NCBI GenBank assembly: GCA_943325035.2
Contig: CALPNW020000001.1
Span: 920 to 64,919 of the forward strand
Direction: 5' to 3'
DNA from: Sphingobacterium thalpophilum
GTDB lineage: Bacteria; Bacteroidota; Bacteroidia; Chitinophagales; Chitinophagaceae
Length of the DNA stretch: 64,000 nucleotides
The position numbers and the translations under genes were made by a program. Shown one piece after another: positions 1 through 10,515 of this stretch. The notes beneath the pieces are model-generated. The model did no database searches. It saw nothing but the letters and a program-made list of their open reading frames with translations, and was not told the DNA's origin. Every line of letters begins with the position of its first letter. Positions within the stretch are counted from its first letter, which is position 1.

Positions 1-1104
1 TCCTGGAACGGCGGAAAGAACTGGCAACCATTCCAGCTGAACCTTCCCCTGGCACCTGTTACCGATTTAAAAATTCACCAGGGCAACCTGATTGCTGCAA
101 CATCCGGAAGATCATTCTGGATCCTCGACGATCTGAGCCTGATAGAACAATATAAAAAAGATGCTGCCCCTTTTACCCTATTCAAACCATCACCGGCAGT
201 TACCGTTACAGGATACAGTGAACTCGATGAAAACAATCCGGACTTTGATGGCACTAATAAGTACCGGGGAGTCAATCCGGCTACAGGTATTGTTGTGTAT
301 TATCAGTTGCCCGAATTAAAAGCCGGCGAGCAGATCAGTTTAGTCATAAAAGATGCGGAAGGCAATCAGGTGAGAACATTCAGTTCTAAGGCAGACAGTA
401 CCTTTATCAAATACGATGGGGGACCGCAGGAAGAGCCTGTTCTTTCTAAAAACAAAGGGCTGAACCGTTTTGTATGGAACCTGCTTTACCCAACCATGTC
501 AGGTGTAACAGGTGCTTATATAGAGAGCAGTTACAGAGGGCATAAAGCCACTCCGGGCAAATACACCATGACGCTGATACAAGGCACTAAAACAATCACT
601 GCTGATGCAGAAATAACACCCAATCCACTCTACACGACTACAGCTGCAGAATATAAAGCATGGCACCAGTATATAAGTGTAGCAGAAACTGAATTGTCTG
701 CGATGCATCAACTGGTAAATACGCTGAACGCTAAAAGAAATCAACTGGAGGCGGCCCTGGAAAATCTGCCGGCCGGGGAAAAATACATAACGGTACGAAC
801 CACTGCAGAAAAGCTTTCAAAAAAATTAAAAGTATGGGATGAAGACATGATCCAGCGCAAATCAACTGCTTACGATGATGTAGAAAATTTCCCAAACAAG
901 TTTACCGCTAATTATATGTTTGCCATCAACCATATTCAGAGTGATATCCCTGTTTTGAGTTCGCCTTCAATGGCAAGAATTAAAGCGCTGAATACAGAGT
1001 GGGAGGTTTTGAAACAAAGAGGAACAGAAATACTGAACAGTGAAATTCCTGCATTGAATCAATTATTCTGGGAAGCAGGCATAGGTGCCATCTGGAAAAA
1101 ATAA
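1..1104 (+). CDS. C-terminal part of a VPS10/sortilin-like BNR-repeat glycosyl hydrolase (5' end lies outside the window)
   Basis: Frame 1 is open from base 1 (SWNGGKNWQPFQLNLPLAPVTDLKIHQGNLIAATSGRSFWILDD) into ORF 295-1104. SxDxGxxW-like, T.GR.FWILDD and GLNRFVW...PGKYT segments are typical of this Bacteroidota family. Confidence 0.75.
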   Translation, partial: SWNGGKNWQPFQLNLPLAPVTDLKIHQGNLIAATSGRSFWILDDLSLIEQYKKDAAPFTLFKPSPAVTVTGYSELDENNPDFDGTNKYRGVNPATGIVVYYQLPELKAGEQISLVIKDAEGNQVRTFSSKADSTFIKYDGGPQEEPVLSKNKGLNRFVWNLLYPTMSGVTGAYIESSYRGHKATPGKYTMTLIQGTKTITADAEITPNPLYTTTAAEYKAWHQYISVAETELSAMHQLVNTLNAKRNQLEAALENLPAGEKYITVRTTAEKLSKKLKVWDEDMIQRKSTAYDDVENFPNKFTANYMFAINHIQSDIPVLSSPSMARIKALNTEWEVLKQRGTEILNSEIPALNQLFWEAGIGAIWKK

Positions 1105-1160
1105 CCCAATACCTGATACCTGGTTTTAAGGTGCATACTAAAATTTCAATGCCAAGAATC

Positions 1161-2096
1161 ATGAAAAAAATAGCAAAGTTTATCGGTTACTTTTTGTTAT
1201 CAACGGTAATACTGCTGTTGGTTTTATTTGTAGTATTTTTTCAGTCAGACAAATCAGTGGAAGAATTAAAACCATTGTATACCAATGCCGAATCGGAGTT
1301 TATGCCGTTAATGGGTATGCAGGTGCATTTCAGGGATGAGGGTAATGCTGCAGACGCTGTCCCCTTATTGTTAATTCACGGAACCTCTTCCTCACTCAAT
1401 ACTTTCGAAGCAGTAGTGCAGCGCCTTAAAACAAAGCGCAGAATCATCAGCCTGGATTTACCAGCCTTTGGCTTAACAGGTCCCAACCCCGAAAATCAAT
1501 ACGGCTTCGCCTATTACAACAGGTTTCTGGATTCCTTTCTTACCAGATTAAACGTAGGAGTTTGTGATATTGCAGGCAACTCTCTGGGAGGCGGAATTTC
1601 CTGGGAATTCACAGTGGCTTATCCCGAAAAAGTGAGAAAACTGATACTGATAGATGCTACCGGATACCCTTCAATCAATACAAAGGGTTCGCTTGGTTTT
1701 AAACTGGCATCTACTCCGGTGATCAATAATCTCTTGCTTTATATTACGCCCAAAGCACTGGTAAGAAAAAGTCTGGAAGGTATTTACCAGGATCCTGCAA
1801 TGATCACCGAAGAACAGGTTACCCGTTTTCATGATATGGCCATCAGTGCCGGAAACAGAAAAGCATTATTGAGTATGTTTAAATCGGGCCGAACACAGGA
1901 CCCCGGTAAAATCAGTACCATCACTAAACCAACCTTAATTATCTGGGGAGAGAACGACGGATTGATCCCTGTTAGCAGTGCCTACCTGTTTAAAGAACAT
2001 ATTAAGGGAAGCAAGCTGGTTGTATTACCAGGCATTGGTCATGTACCTATGGAAGAAGCTCCGGATAAAGTAGCGGATCTGATAGCCGGTTTTTAA
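1161..2096 (+). CDS. Alpha/beta fold hydrolase with N-terminal membrane anchor
   Basis: HGTSS oxyanion motif, GNSLGG nucleophile elbow, WGEND and GHVPMEE acid/His. ATG at 1161 preferred (alternative 1149). Confidence 0.85.
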   Translation: MKKIAKFIGYFLLSTVILLLVLFVVFFQSDKSVEELKPLYTNAESEFMPLMGMQVHFRDEGNAADAVPLLLIHGTSSSLNTFEAVVQRLKTKRRIISLDLPAFGLTGPNPENQYGFAYYNRFLDSFLTRLNVGVCDIAGNSLGGGISWEFTVAYPEKVRKLILIDATGYPSINTKGSLGFKLASTPVINNLLLYITPKALVRKSLEGIYQDPAMITEEQVTRFHDMAISAGNRKALLSMFKSGRTQDPGKISTITKPTLIIWGENDGLIPVSSAYLFKEHIKGSKLVVLPGIGHVPMEEAPDKVADLIAGF

Positions 2097-2380
2097 TAAA
2101 AATAGAGGAGGCCTGGAATATTCTGTTTATTGAACGTTATTATTTTTCACTTCCTAACGGTCCACATCTAAAAACCAGATGCCATCAATGCTTTTGTTCT
2201 GAAAAAACACTGAACCTCCTTCTTGGTGCATAATTGGTTGTATAATTCAGTTTGTAGTGGTTGAACCGGATAAAGCATGATTGCAGTAAAGGAATAAATC
2301 AAGAACGTTACCTATAAAGTGATGGAATCCTTGCAGAAACAGGGTTTTTCTCAATATCTTCCGCATACAACCAACTTGCC

Positions 2381-3667
2381 ATGAAAAAAATACTGATGCT
2401 ACTCGTTTTATGTAATTGTCTGTCTGTCACCTTTGCGCAAACCCTAACAGCCAGTGAACAGGAAATAGTGCTTCAGACCGAGAAAAACCTTCCACAAATG
2501 ATGGAGATTTTAAAGAAATCGGTAAACATCAATAGTGGAACTTTTAATGTGACCGGGGTAAAACAAGTAGGTGATATGTATGCCAGTGAGCTAAAAAAAC
2601 TGGGATTTACCATAGAATGGGTATCACTACCCGATTCGATGAAAAGAGCAGGACACCTGGTGGCTTTCAGAAAAGGCAAAAAAGGTAAAAAATTATTCCT
2701 GATCGGCCACCTGGATACCGTTTTTGAACCAGATATGCCCGCCAATCCTTTTACTATTTTAAACGATAGCAGCATAACCGGCCAGGGAATCAATGATATG
2801 AAAGGAGGAGACCTGATCATTATCGCCGCAATGAAAGCCTTACATGATCTGAACCTGCTCAACGATGCCACCATTACCATTTATATGACCGGTGATGAAG
2901 AAAATGCAGCAGAGCCAAGAAATATAAGCCGGGGGGATTTTATTGCCAGGGCTAAAGAACACGATATTGCCCTTGCATTTGAGGGTGCCAGCGGACTTAA
3001 TTCCATTGCAACCGCCCGCAGGGGTGCCAGTGGCTGGAGGCTGGAAGTAGAAGGAAAACAAGCGCATTCATCGGGCGTTTTCACCGGTGCGGGTTATGGT
3101 TCTATTTACGAGGCAAGCCGCATTATTAACACATTCAGGGAAACACTCAGCAAAGAACAATACCTGTCTTTCAATCCCGGATTATTTATCGGCGGGTCAG
3201 AAATCAACGTAGATGCAGAGGCCCAACGAGGCAATGCATCCGGTAAAACCAATATTATTTCCCCTAAAACGGTGGTAATTGGTGATCTCCGTTTTTTAAC
3301 TGAGGAGCAAAAGAACAATGCCCGTACTACCATGAAACAGATTACTGCTCAAAATCTGCCTGGTACAAAGGCGGCCATTTACTTTACAGATGGCATACCC
3401 GGTATGGCGCCAACAGAAGGCAACAAACTGCTGGCAGAAGAATTGAGTAGGGTGAATCTGGCACTGGGTTACGGCAAAGTGACACCTGGAAACCCGGGAA
3501 GCAGAGGCGCCGGAGATATTTCTTACATAGCAGAATACCTCGATTGCCTGGATGGACTGGGCGCTTCCGGTAAAGGGGCACATGCGCCCGGAGAAGTATT
3601 GAATACCAGAGAGTACCCTAAACTGATGAAAAGAGCGGCCGTATTCATTTACCGGCTTACCCAATAA
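2381..3667 (+). CDS. Secreted M20/M25/M40 metallopeptidase (carboxypeptidase G2-like)
   Basis: Signal peptide; metal-ligand motifs GHLDTV, DMKGG, DEE, FEG and C-terminal GAH. Confidence 0.88.
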   Translation: MKKILMLLVLCNCLSVTFAQTLTASEQEIVLQTEKNLPQMMEILKKSVNINSGTFNVTGVKQVGDMYASELKKLGFTIEWVSLPDSMKRAGHLVAFRKGKKGKKLFLIGHLDTVFEPDMPANPFTILNDSSITGQGINDMKGGDLIIIAAMKALHDLNLLNDATITIYMTGDEENAAEPRNISRGDFIARAKEHDIALAFEGASGLNSIATARRGASGWRLEVEGKQAHSSGVFTGAGYGSIYEASRIINTFRETLSKEQYLSFNPGLFIGGSEINVDAEAQRGNASGKTNIISPKTVVIGDLRFLTEEQKNNARTTMKQITAQNLPGTKAAIYFTDGIPGMAPTEGNKLLAEELSRVNLALGYGKVTPGNPGSRGAGDISYIAEYLDCLDGLGASGKGAHAPGEVLNTREYPKLMKRAAVFIYRLTQ

Positions 3668-3669
3668 TT

Positions 3670-4614
3670 ATGAAAAAAATCTTACTGATTACTTACTGGT
3701 GTTTGGCCTGTTTGGGTATTGGGCGAACACAAAGTCTGGGGCGTACCGGTAATATCAACGATACCATTACAACATGCAGCCCGGGATATTTGCTCATGGG
3801 AGGAAGCACCGATGTAGATGAAGCCATGCGTTGGTTTCTACAAAAAAGTGGTGGTGGCGATGTGGTAATTCTGAGAGCATCCGGTAGTACCGGCTACAAC
3901 AGCTATCTGTTTGATCTTGCAAAAGTAAACTCCGTAGAAACATTACTCATCAATAGTGAAGCAACTGCCTTGTCGGCAGACATGGTAAACAAGATCAACA
4001 ATGCCGAAGCTATATTTATTGCCGGTGGAGACCAATGGGATTATATCAGATACTGGAGCAACACTCCTATACAAAAAGCACTGGAATATGCCCTCCTTGT
4101 AAAAAAGGTTCCTTTAGGCGGAACGAGTGCCGGGCTTGCGGTACTGGGCGAATATATTTTTGATGCAAAGCTGGATGGCATTACATCCGATGAGGCACTG
4201 GCCGATTTACAATCCCCTAAAATATCCATCTCCCATCAGTTTGTAACTATTCCGGTTTTGAAAAATATCATCACTGATTCGCATTATTCGCAACGCAACC
4301 GGATGGGAAGGCATATTGCATTTATGGCAGCGATACAGCATAAAGAAGGTGTTCAGGCAAAAGGAATAGGGATAGACGAAAAATCTGCACTTGCGCTCGA
4401 AGAAAACGGAAGCGCCATTGCATTTGGCATAAACAGTATCTATTTTCTGCAGTTAATCTCCCCACAGATAAATGCCATCACCGATCCGGAAGTAACTGTA
4501 TTTACAGTAAAAGCAACGCCTCGGGGTACTGGTATTTCATCCATAGACAGCTGTTTTGAAAAAGCGGTACAGCGCATGCAGATTCAAAAAGGTGCATTAA
4601 ATCGTTTATATTGA
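3670..4614 (+). CDS. Secreted cyanophycinase-like peptidase (S51)
   Basis: FIAGGDQ, GGTSAG (catalytic Ser), DSHYSQRNRMGR (His plus Arg cluster) and GIDE; hydrophobic N-terminus. Confidence 0.85.
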   Translation: MKKILLITYWCLACLGIGRTQSLGRTGNINDTITTCSPGYLLMGGSTDVDEAMRWFLQKSGGGDVVILRASGSTGYNSYLFDLAKVNSVETLLINSEATALSADMVNKINNAEAIFIAGGDQWDYIRYWSNTPIQKALEYALLVKKVPLGGTSAGLAVLGEYIFDAKLDGITSDEALADLQSPKISISHQFVTIPVLKNIITDSHYSQRNRMGRHIAFMAAIQHKEGVQAKGIGIDEKSALALEENGSAIAFGINSIYFLQLISPQINAITDPEVTVFTVKATPRGTGISSIDSCFEKAVQRMQIQKGALNRLY

Positions 4615-4650
4615 GTGATTATTATCAGCACTTTCAGCAACCTATCAATT

Positions 4651-5973
4651 ATGAAACAACTACTTTTTATTTTTTTACTGATTGCCGGAATCAACAGCCA
4701 TGCCCAGGTATTATCGCTCAGAGAACAAGCCACCATTACCGATGAGGTGCTGGCAGACAGGCTGAACAATCTGTTGCCGCAGCTGATGGAAAAAAATGGG
4801 ATAGACATGTGGGTAATGATTACCCGCGAATACAATGAAGATCCAATCGTAAAAACCATGCTGCCTGCAACCTGGATCAGCGCAAGAAGAAGAACCATTC
4901 TGGTTTTTTATTACAATCCGCAAACCAAACAATACACCAAATCAGCTGTTGCCCGATACAATGTGGGAGACAATATAGAAGCCGCCTGGGATATGAAAAA
5001 ATATCCCAACCAGTGGGATGCACTCAAAGTGCTGGTAGAAAAATACCAGCCTAAAAAAATTGCGGTAAACACTTCTGTGAATTTTGCACATGCAGATGGA
5101 ATAGACCATACCGAATACCAGACACTGATGCAGTCGTTACCGGAAATTTACAGGCAACGGGTGGTATCATCCGAACCACTTGCAATAGCCTGGCTGGAAA
5201 CAAGAACAGAAAGAGAGATGCAGTTCTATCCGCAACTCATCCACATGAGTAAAAATATTATTGCAGAGGGCTTCAGCAGTAAAGTGATTACACCGGGTAT
5301 TACTACCACCGAAGACCTGGTATGGTGGTACAGACAAAAAATAAATGACCTCGGACTTTCTACCTGGTTTCATCCATCGGTTGAAATTCAGCGTAATGAC
5401 TCAGTCGCTTTTGATCACCTGAAAGCATTTACCAGCAAAGGATTCAATAGCAAGGATGTTATTTTGCAGGGAGATCTGCTGCATGTGGATTTTGGCATCA
5501 GTTATCTGCGTTTGAATACAGATATACAGGAACATGCTTATGTATTACAGCCGGGAGAAACCGATGCGCCGGCATTTTTGAAAGCTGCCCTGGCAAAAGC
5601 CAATCGCCTGCAAGACATACTTACCATGCAGTTTAAAGAAAATAAAACGGGCAACCAGATACTGGCAGATGCATTGGCAATGGCAAAGCGTGAAAACATC
5701 CATGCAACCATATACACGCACCCCATCGGATACCACGGACATGCAGCAGGACCAACTATTGGTTTATGGGACCAGCAGGATGGTGTGCCGGGCAGTGGTG
5801 ATTTTCCTACGCATTATAAAACGGCTTATTCTATAGAACTGAATGCTGCAGTAGAAATTACTGAATGGAAAAAAACAATCCGGATAATGCTGGAACAGGA
5901 TGGATATTTTGATGAAGCTGGTTTTCGGTACATCAATGGAAGACAAACCCAATTGCATCTGGTAGGAAATTAA
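4651..5973 (+). CDS. Secreted M24 family (Xaa-Pro aminopeptidase-like) metallopeptidase
   Basis: HVDFG..LNTD, THPIGYHGH, SIE and LEQD pita-bread fold ligands. ATG 4651 gives a signal peptide. Confidence 0.85.
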   Translation: MKQLLFIFLLIAGINSHAQVLSLREQATITDEVLADRLNNLLPQLMEKNGIDMWVMITREYNEDPIVKTMLPATWISARRRTILVFYYNPQTKQYTKSAVARYNVGDNIEAAWDMKKYPNQWDALKVLVEKYQPKKIAVNTSVNFAHADGIDHTEYQTLMQSLPEIYRQRVVSSEPLAIAWLETRTEREMQFYPQLIHMSKNIIAEGFSSKVITPGITTTEDLVWWYRQKINDLGLSTWFHPSVEIQRNDSVAFDHLKAFTSKGFNSKDVILQGDLLHVDFGISYLRLNTDIQEHAYVLQPGETDAPAFLKAALAKANRLQDILTMQFKENKTGNQILADALAMAKRENIHATIYTHPIGYHGHAAGPTIGLWDQQDGVPGSGDFPTHYKTAYSIELNAAVEITEWKKTIRIMLEQDGYFDEAGFRYINGRQTQLHLVGN

Positions 5974-5991
5974 TGGGGCAATTCCGGATAA

Positions 5992-7053
5992 TCAGTGAGC
6001 CCTTGATGCATATTCGGGGCGAAGTAACCAGCTGTTTGTTTTTTGCTTTCTGAATACCAGCCACCAAAAGAAAAACAGTGTGCTGGAGACAGTCATCAGT
6101 ACCAGACTCCAACCGGGCAAAACCGCTTGCATATTTATCAGTAACCCGTCTTTGTGCAAATGACCAAAACCCAATAGTGCAGGTATCCTGAACCAGTAAT
6201 AACAGGATACTCCCGCTGCTGCAAAGCAATTGATGAGCGTACGTTCATCCTTTTTACTTATAAGCGCCTGCAAAATAATATAAAGCATCATAGAGCCTAA
6301 AAAACCAAAGAACGGCAATCCGTAGGCACTCAGCAACTGGCTTAATCCGGATGGCCCCGCATGATCAGCAACCTGAAACCAGCCCCAGATAAAACCCGGT
6401 AATCCGCCTACGGTTAATAGCCCGCTCAGGATCTGGTAAGTATTTTTTTTGGTTAATGCCGGATGAAAATTAGGGGTTGTATCGGGGCAGGGAACCGAAC
6501 AGTTTGCACATTGATCACAATGGGCATTGGGCAGCGGAGTGATGGTATTGGAACCATATAATTTTTCTACCGGATGAACCGGGCAAAGAGAGGAACACCA
6601 GCCACTTTTCCAATCATAATTAAATCCCATTACTGTGCCAATCAGCGCAGCAACAAACAATAAAATGACCGTGGCGGTTCCATTGGTATTAAATAAAGCA
6701 TGCCGCATCGGAACAATAATGTAAAGTCCTGTAATGGCAACCAGCTGCAGTTTAGATTGCAGCAGTAGCGGCATTTTTTTTCTTTTAGACCAGTTAAAAT
6801 GCCTCGGCAAAAGAACGGTGGTGGCCAATGGACAAATATTTCGCCAGAGGCCTGCAGAAACAACCAGCAAAGCAGGAGCTACCGGAATTAAAATATTCCA
6901 TAAAATCAGCAGGCCTGCTGAAGGATCAACAATCAGCAATAAAAAGATAGTAAGGCCTACTAGCCATACTATGAACTGAACAATTCGCCAGATAAGCAAA
7001 GAACGGGAGCCTGTTATATTGCCCTGCTTAAACGGTGCAGCAGCTGTAATCAT
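5992..7053 (-). CDS. Multi-pass membrane 4Fe-4S binding protein (polyferredoxin-like)
   Basis: Several TM segments; Cys motifs WRNICP, WCSSLCP and HCDQCANCSVPCPD. Confidence 0.7.
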   Translation of the reverse strand: MITAAAPFKQGNITGSRSLLIWRIVQFIVWLVGLTIFLLLIVDPSAGLLILWNILIPVAPALLVVSAGLWRNICPLATTVLLPRHFNWSKRKKMPLLLQSKLQLVAITGLYIIVPMRHALFNTNGTATVILLFVAALIGTVMGFNYDWKSGWCSSLCPVHPVEKLYGSNTITPLPNAHCDQCANCSVPCPDTTPNFHPALTKKNTYQILSGLLTVGGLPGFIWGWFQVADHAGPSGLSQLLSAYGLPFFGFLGSMMLYIILQALISKKDERTLINCFAAAGVSCYYWFRIPALLGFGHLHKDGLLINMQAVLPGWSLVLMTVSSTLFFFWWLVFRKQKTNSWLLRPEYASRAH

Positions 7054-7125
7054 AAAGCAGTATTCAAAGTGTACTGCAAATTATCAAAAAGCAGATTCGC
7101 AGAATATGATTTCTATCATGCGGCA

Positions 7126-7527
7126 TCAGCCGAGCGTGATATTATAAACATCCGTTTTATTACGGATAATATTTCTGCTCTCAAATCCATCCCGCTGATC
7201 GGTTTCTTCTATCAGATCAAAAGAGGTACAGCTTTTAGGAAGGCCTTCAAAAATGAGGGTAAAATTTGTTACCGGACCGGCTAGTGGCATATAAACAGGA
7301 TACCAGGTAATATTTACAGCACTGAGGAGTCTGCTTGAATGATCGGAATTTCTGGAAACCAGAAAAGTAGTTTGCCAGATCCTGATCATACTGTCCTGCC
7401 AGTTAGGGGTGGCATATTTTACATGTATAATCACCTGACCCCGTACTTCAGTATGAAATTGCAGGGAACTCTTGATTAATTCGTCCATTTCAATGGCCGG
7501 AGCAATAACAGGATTGGGGTGTGGCAT
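7126..7527 (-). CDS. Hypothetical protein
   Basis: 133-aa ORF 7 bp after the amidohydrolase stop, with globular composition (IRIWQTTFL, FTLIFEGLPKSC.SFDLIE). Confidence 0.7.
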   Translation of the reverse strand: MPHPNPVIAPAIEMDELIKSSLQFHTEVRGQVIIHVKYATPNWQDSMIRIWQTTFLVSRNSDHSSRLLSAVNITWYPVYMPLAGPVTNFTLIFEGLPKSCTSFDLIEETDQRDGFESRNIIRNKTDVYNITLG

Positions 7528-7534
7528 AATTACT

Positions 7535-8989
7535 TTATTTCAGTTGCTCTTTTTGTTCTGCATCGCTCACCTGTTGTGCTGCAACAACCAGCAGCTGATC
7601 CAGTTCGGCACGACCCATATAAACACCTCTGCGGATTAATCCGGCAATGGATCTTGTATGCGTGATATCAAGAAGCGGGTTTTTATTTAACAATAGGAGA
7701 TCAGCCGATTTCCCTTTTGCAACAGCGCCATATTTCTTTTCAAGCCCCAGAAAGGCAGGGCCGTTGATAACAGATGCGGCCAGTGCTGTTTGAGCAGACA
7801 AGCCATACTGCACCATCATCTCCAGTTCATCGTGCAATCCAAAACCCGGATAGTTAAATGAGTTCAGGAATCCAACATCCGTTCCTGCCAGTATGGTCAT
7901 TCCAGACCGGTGAATCAACGGCAGCAATGAAGCGGTGGCTTCGAACTGCCGGTGGCGGAATGCTATAGCAGCTGCATCATCTTTTGCAGCGCGCTCCACA
8001 CGCCAGTTATAGGTTCGCTTTAATGCAGGTCCGAGGTATTTAAGATTTGCATCACCTGCATGATTGTTTTTATCCAGGTAGGTGGTGATATAACTTCCAA
8101 AAATAGTAGGAACAACAGCTGTTCCATTTGCGGCAAGCAGCTTTATTTTTTTCACTGCCCCAACTGTATCCTGTGTTTCCAGAATTTTTACAGCAGCCTG
8201 TTTATTATCGAGTTTTCCTGTAGCTCTTTGGGCAGCAATACCAGCTTCTTCCGAAGACACTACCCGCAGCATATACCCCAGGTGTTCGATGGTACTCAGT
8301 CCGGCATCTGATAATTCCTGCAGGGTTAAACTAACCGGCGCATGGCCAGAAGTTTTCCAGCCCCGCTTTTTTGCCTGCCGTATACTTTCTAAAAACAAGG
8401 AGGGCTTGAGGGCATTATCGGTGATTTTAATAAAATCTACCTGTAGTTTTTGCAGTGAATCCAGTGCAGATTTCAATGCTGCTTCATCGTCAATTTCAAG
8501 ATCGCCCGGCCAGATAGAATGAAGACCTTCGAGTTTAGGGCCTGATGTAAAAATGTCTGGTCCTGCCAGTGTTCCCGCCTTGATCTGCTTTTTCCATTTC
8601 AGCACATCCGTACTGATATCTCCTGCACAGTCTCTAACCGCAGTAATTCCATTAGCTAGGTATAAAGGAAGCAGATTTTTATTCTCTTCTACCAATGTGT
8701 CTCCGCCAAAATGAACATGCATATCCCAGAGTGAAGGCATAATGAATTTTCCACTGAGGTCAATTGTTTTTTTAGCCCTGTAGTTTTTTTCAAGAGATAG
8801 GTCACCAATAGCCAGAATACTGTCACCCGAAATCAGCACAGACTGGTGGGCAATGGTCTTTGCATTTTTAACATCAATAACAGCCACATTATGCAGCAGC
8901 AGATCAGCAACCCGCTTTTGTGCAAAGCCGCTTATAGTAGTTGATACCAATATCGATGTTGTAAAAAAACAGCAAACAAACCCTTTCAT
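7535..8989 (-). CDS. Secreted amidohydrolase family protein
   Basis: Signal peptide; MPSLWDMHVH, SGH, IEH, AGTD and GKSADLLLL motifs. Confidence 0.88.
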   Translation of the reverse strand: MKGFVCCFFTTSILVSTTISGFAQKRVADLLLHNVAVIDVKNAKTIAHQSVLISGDSILAIGDLSLEKNYRAKKTIDLSGKFIMPSLWDMHVHFGGDTLVEENKNLLPLYLANGITAVRDCAGDISTDVLKWKKQIKAGTLAGPDIFTSGPKLEGLHSIWPGDLEIDDEAALKSALDSLQKLQVDFIKITDNALKPSLFLESIRQAKKRGWKTSGHAPVSLTLQELSDAGLSTIEHLGYMLRVVSSEEAGIAAQRATGKLDNKQAAVKILETQDTVGAVKKIKLLAANGTAVVPTIFGSYITTYLDKNNHAGDANLKYLGPALKRTYNWRVERAAKDDAAAIAFRHRQFEATASLLPLIHRSGMTILAGTDVGFLNSFNYPGFGLHDELEMMVQYGLSAQTALAASVINGPAFLGLEKKYGAVAKGKSADLLLLNKNPLLDITHTRSIAGLIRRGVYMGRAELDQLLVVAAQQVSDAEQKEQLK

Positions 8990-9012
8990 ACTATATTACT
9001 TTTCAAAACCAT

Positions 9013-9987
9013 TTATTTGGCCGGTGTGATCACAATATTCCGGTATTCTACAGGACCATGATCTCCCTGCAACATAATAGGACCAGCTTCCGCTTCTTTG
9101 CTGTCTAATGCTCCGCCGGTGATGCCCGGAATGATCTGGTCAACAATAATTGCCTTGCCGTTGGCTACAACAGTAACCCTACGGCCAATTAAAGTGATGT
9201 CATAAGACTGCCACTCACCTGCAGCTTTCGCTACCATTTCATTCGGCGTGAGGAACCCATATATTCCACCAAAATAGGTAGAGGAAGGTTCTTTGCCAGC
9301 ATTGTCTTCTACCTGTACTTCATATCTTCCTCTCAAATAAACACCGCTGTTACTTCCGGCAGGATACCTGAGTTCAACATGCAGTTTAAAGTCATTGTAT
9401 TTGGTATCGGTAATGAGATTGGAACCGGATTGAGGACTTGTAAGTACTCCCTTGATCAATTCCCACTGATTCCTATTACCCGATGCATGCCAGCCACCGG
9501 TATTTTTTCCGTTCAATAAACTGATGGGCTTGCCCCAAACCGGAGCAGTAGTTCGTTTTAATAAAGGAGCTCTTTCTCCGGTAAATGGAAAAGTCATCCC
9601 TGAAGAGCTGGTGATCGTTCCTTTTAGCTGATCATTTTCCAGTACTGCATCCAACTCCATGTATTTTTCTACCCGCTCCCACTGTGGCGGAATACTGAAA
9701 TGAATTTTTCCGTCTGCCGCTACCTGCACATGTGCAATAGGCCGCGCACTTCCACCATCTGCAACAAAGTAACCCACCAGCGTTTTAACCCCGGAAAGTT
9801 TCACTTCCAGCCAGGAGGGGGCTATTCTTCCACCCATATTCACGGTAAGATCCCATCTGCCAATTACCGTTTTATCTTCTGCCGCATTAACAGATAGTGA
9901 TGTAAGTGACCCTGCTGCTAATAAAAAAGCCATCAGGAGTTGACGGACAGTTGTTTTTTTTGTGGAAATCAAATATGATTTTTTCAT
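9013..9987 (-). CDS. DUF1080 (3-keto-disaccharide hydrolase-like) secreted protein
   Basis: SNSGVYLRGRYEVQ, GEWQ.YDI and GPIMLQGDHG.VEYRNI motifs. Confidence 0.85.
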   Translation of the reverse strand: MKKSYLISTKKTTVRQLLMAFLLAAGSLTSLSVNAAEDKTVIGRWDLTVNMGGRIAPSWLEVKLSGVKTLVGYFVADGGSARPIAHVQVAADGKIHFSIPPQWERVEKYMELDAVLENDQLKGTITSSSGMTFPFTGERAPLLKRTTAPVWGKPISLLNGKNTGGWHASGNRNQWELIKGVLTSPQSGSNLITDTKYNDFKLHVELRYPAGSNSGVYLRGRYEVQVEDNAGKEPSSTYFGGIYGFLTPNEMVAKAAGEWQSYDITLIGRRVTVVANGKAIIVDQIIPGITGGALDSKEAEAGPIMLQGDHGPVEYRNIVITPAK

Positions 9988-10170
9988 ATACTAAGCTTAT
10001 CAATTCAAGATAAATAAAAAAATGCAGACTCCGGCTGCAGGCTTGTGGTCCTTTTTTCAACAAATAAAAGCAGAACTGTTAAATGATTGGGATATGCACA
10101 CAATGAACAATTAATTAATATTAAACCGGCAAAATGATCCATAACTTGTGAAGCATAACTCCAAATCGTT

Positions 10171-10452
10171 ATGCTATCTGCAAAAACCCCGTTCGAACAG
10201 TCACTGATGAACCAATTGCAACACGTTAAATCTGAATTGGAAGCCAGTAGTGTCATTGAAGCCTTTTTCAGAGAACAGGCACAAAAACCCGACCAAACGG
10301 TTGATCTGAACAGCTTTGCGGTAAAAATGAAAACCCGGCTGGAAGCGATCAACCCGCTCCTGGTGGAGGATGCTGAAAAATGGAATATCATTCAGGCATC
10401 TAAAGTAATTTTTCACAGAATGAGCTGCAAGTATACCTCACAGGTGTATTGA
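10171..10452 (+). CDS. Small hypothetical protein
   Basis: 93-aa helical ORF with an ATG start that fills the gap between neighbours; no motif recognised. Confidence 0.55.
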   Translation: MLSAKTPFEQSLMNQLQHVKSELEASSVIEAFFREQAQKPDQTVDLNSFAVKMKTRLEAINPLLVEDAEKWNIIQASKVIFHRMSCKYTSQVY

Positions 10453-10515
10453 TTGAGTTAGATTAACTGATCTGCGTGACAGCCAGACTTCTTTCAATTT
10501 GGCTTGAGCGGGTGT

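Noticed and set aside
2097-2380. Possible ncRNA or gene remnant in a 280-bp intergenic gap
   Set aside because: No convincing structure, repeat or recognisable coding motif was found.
10005-10391. 128-aa minus-strand ORF
   Set aside because: It overlaps the more plausible plus-strand ORF 10171-10452 and has atypical composition.
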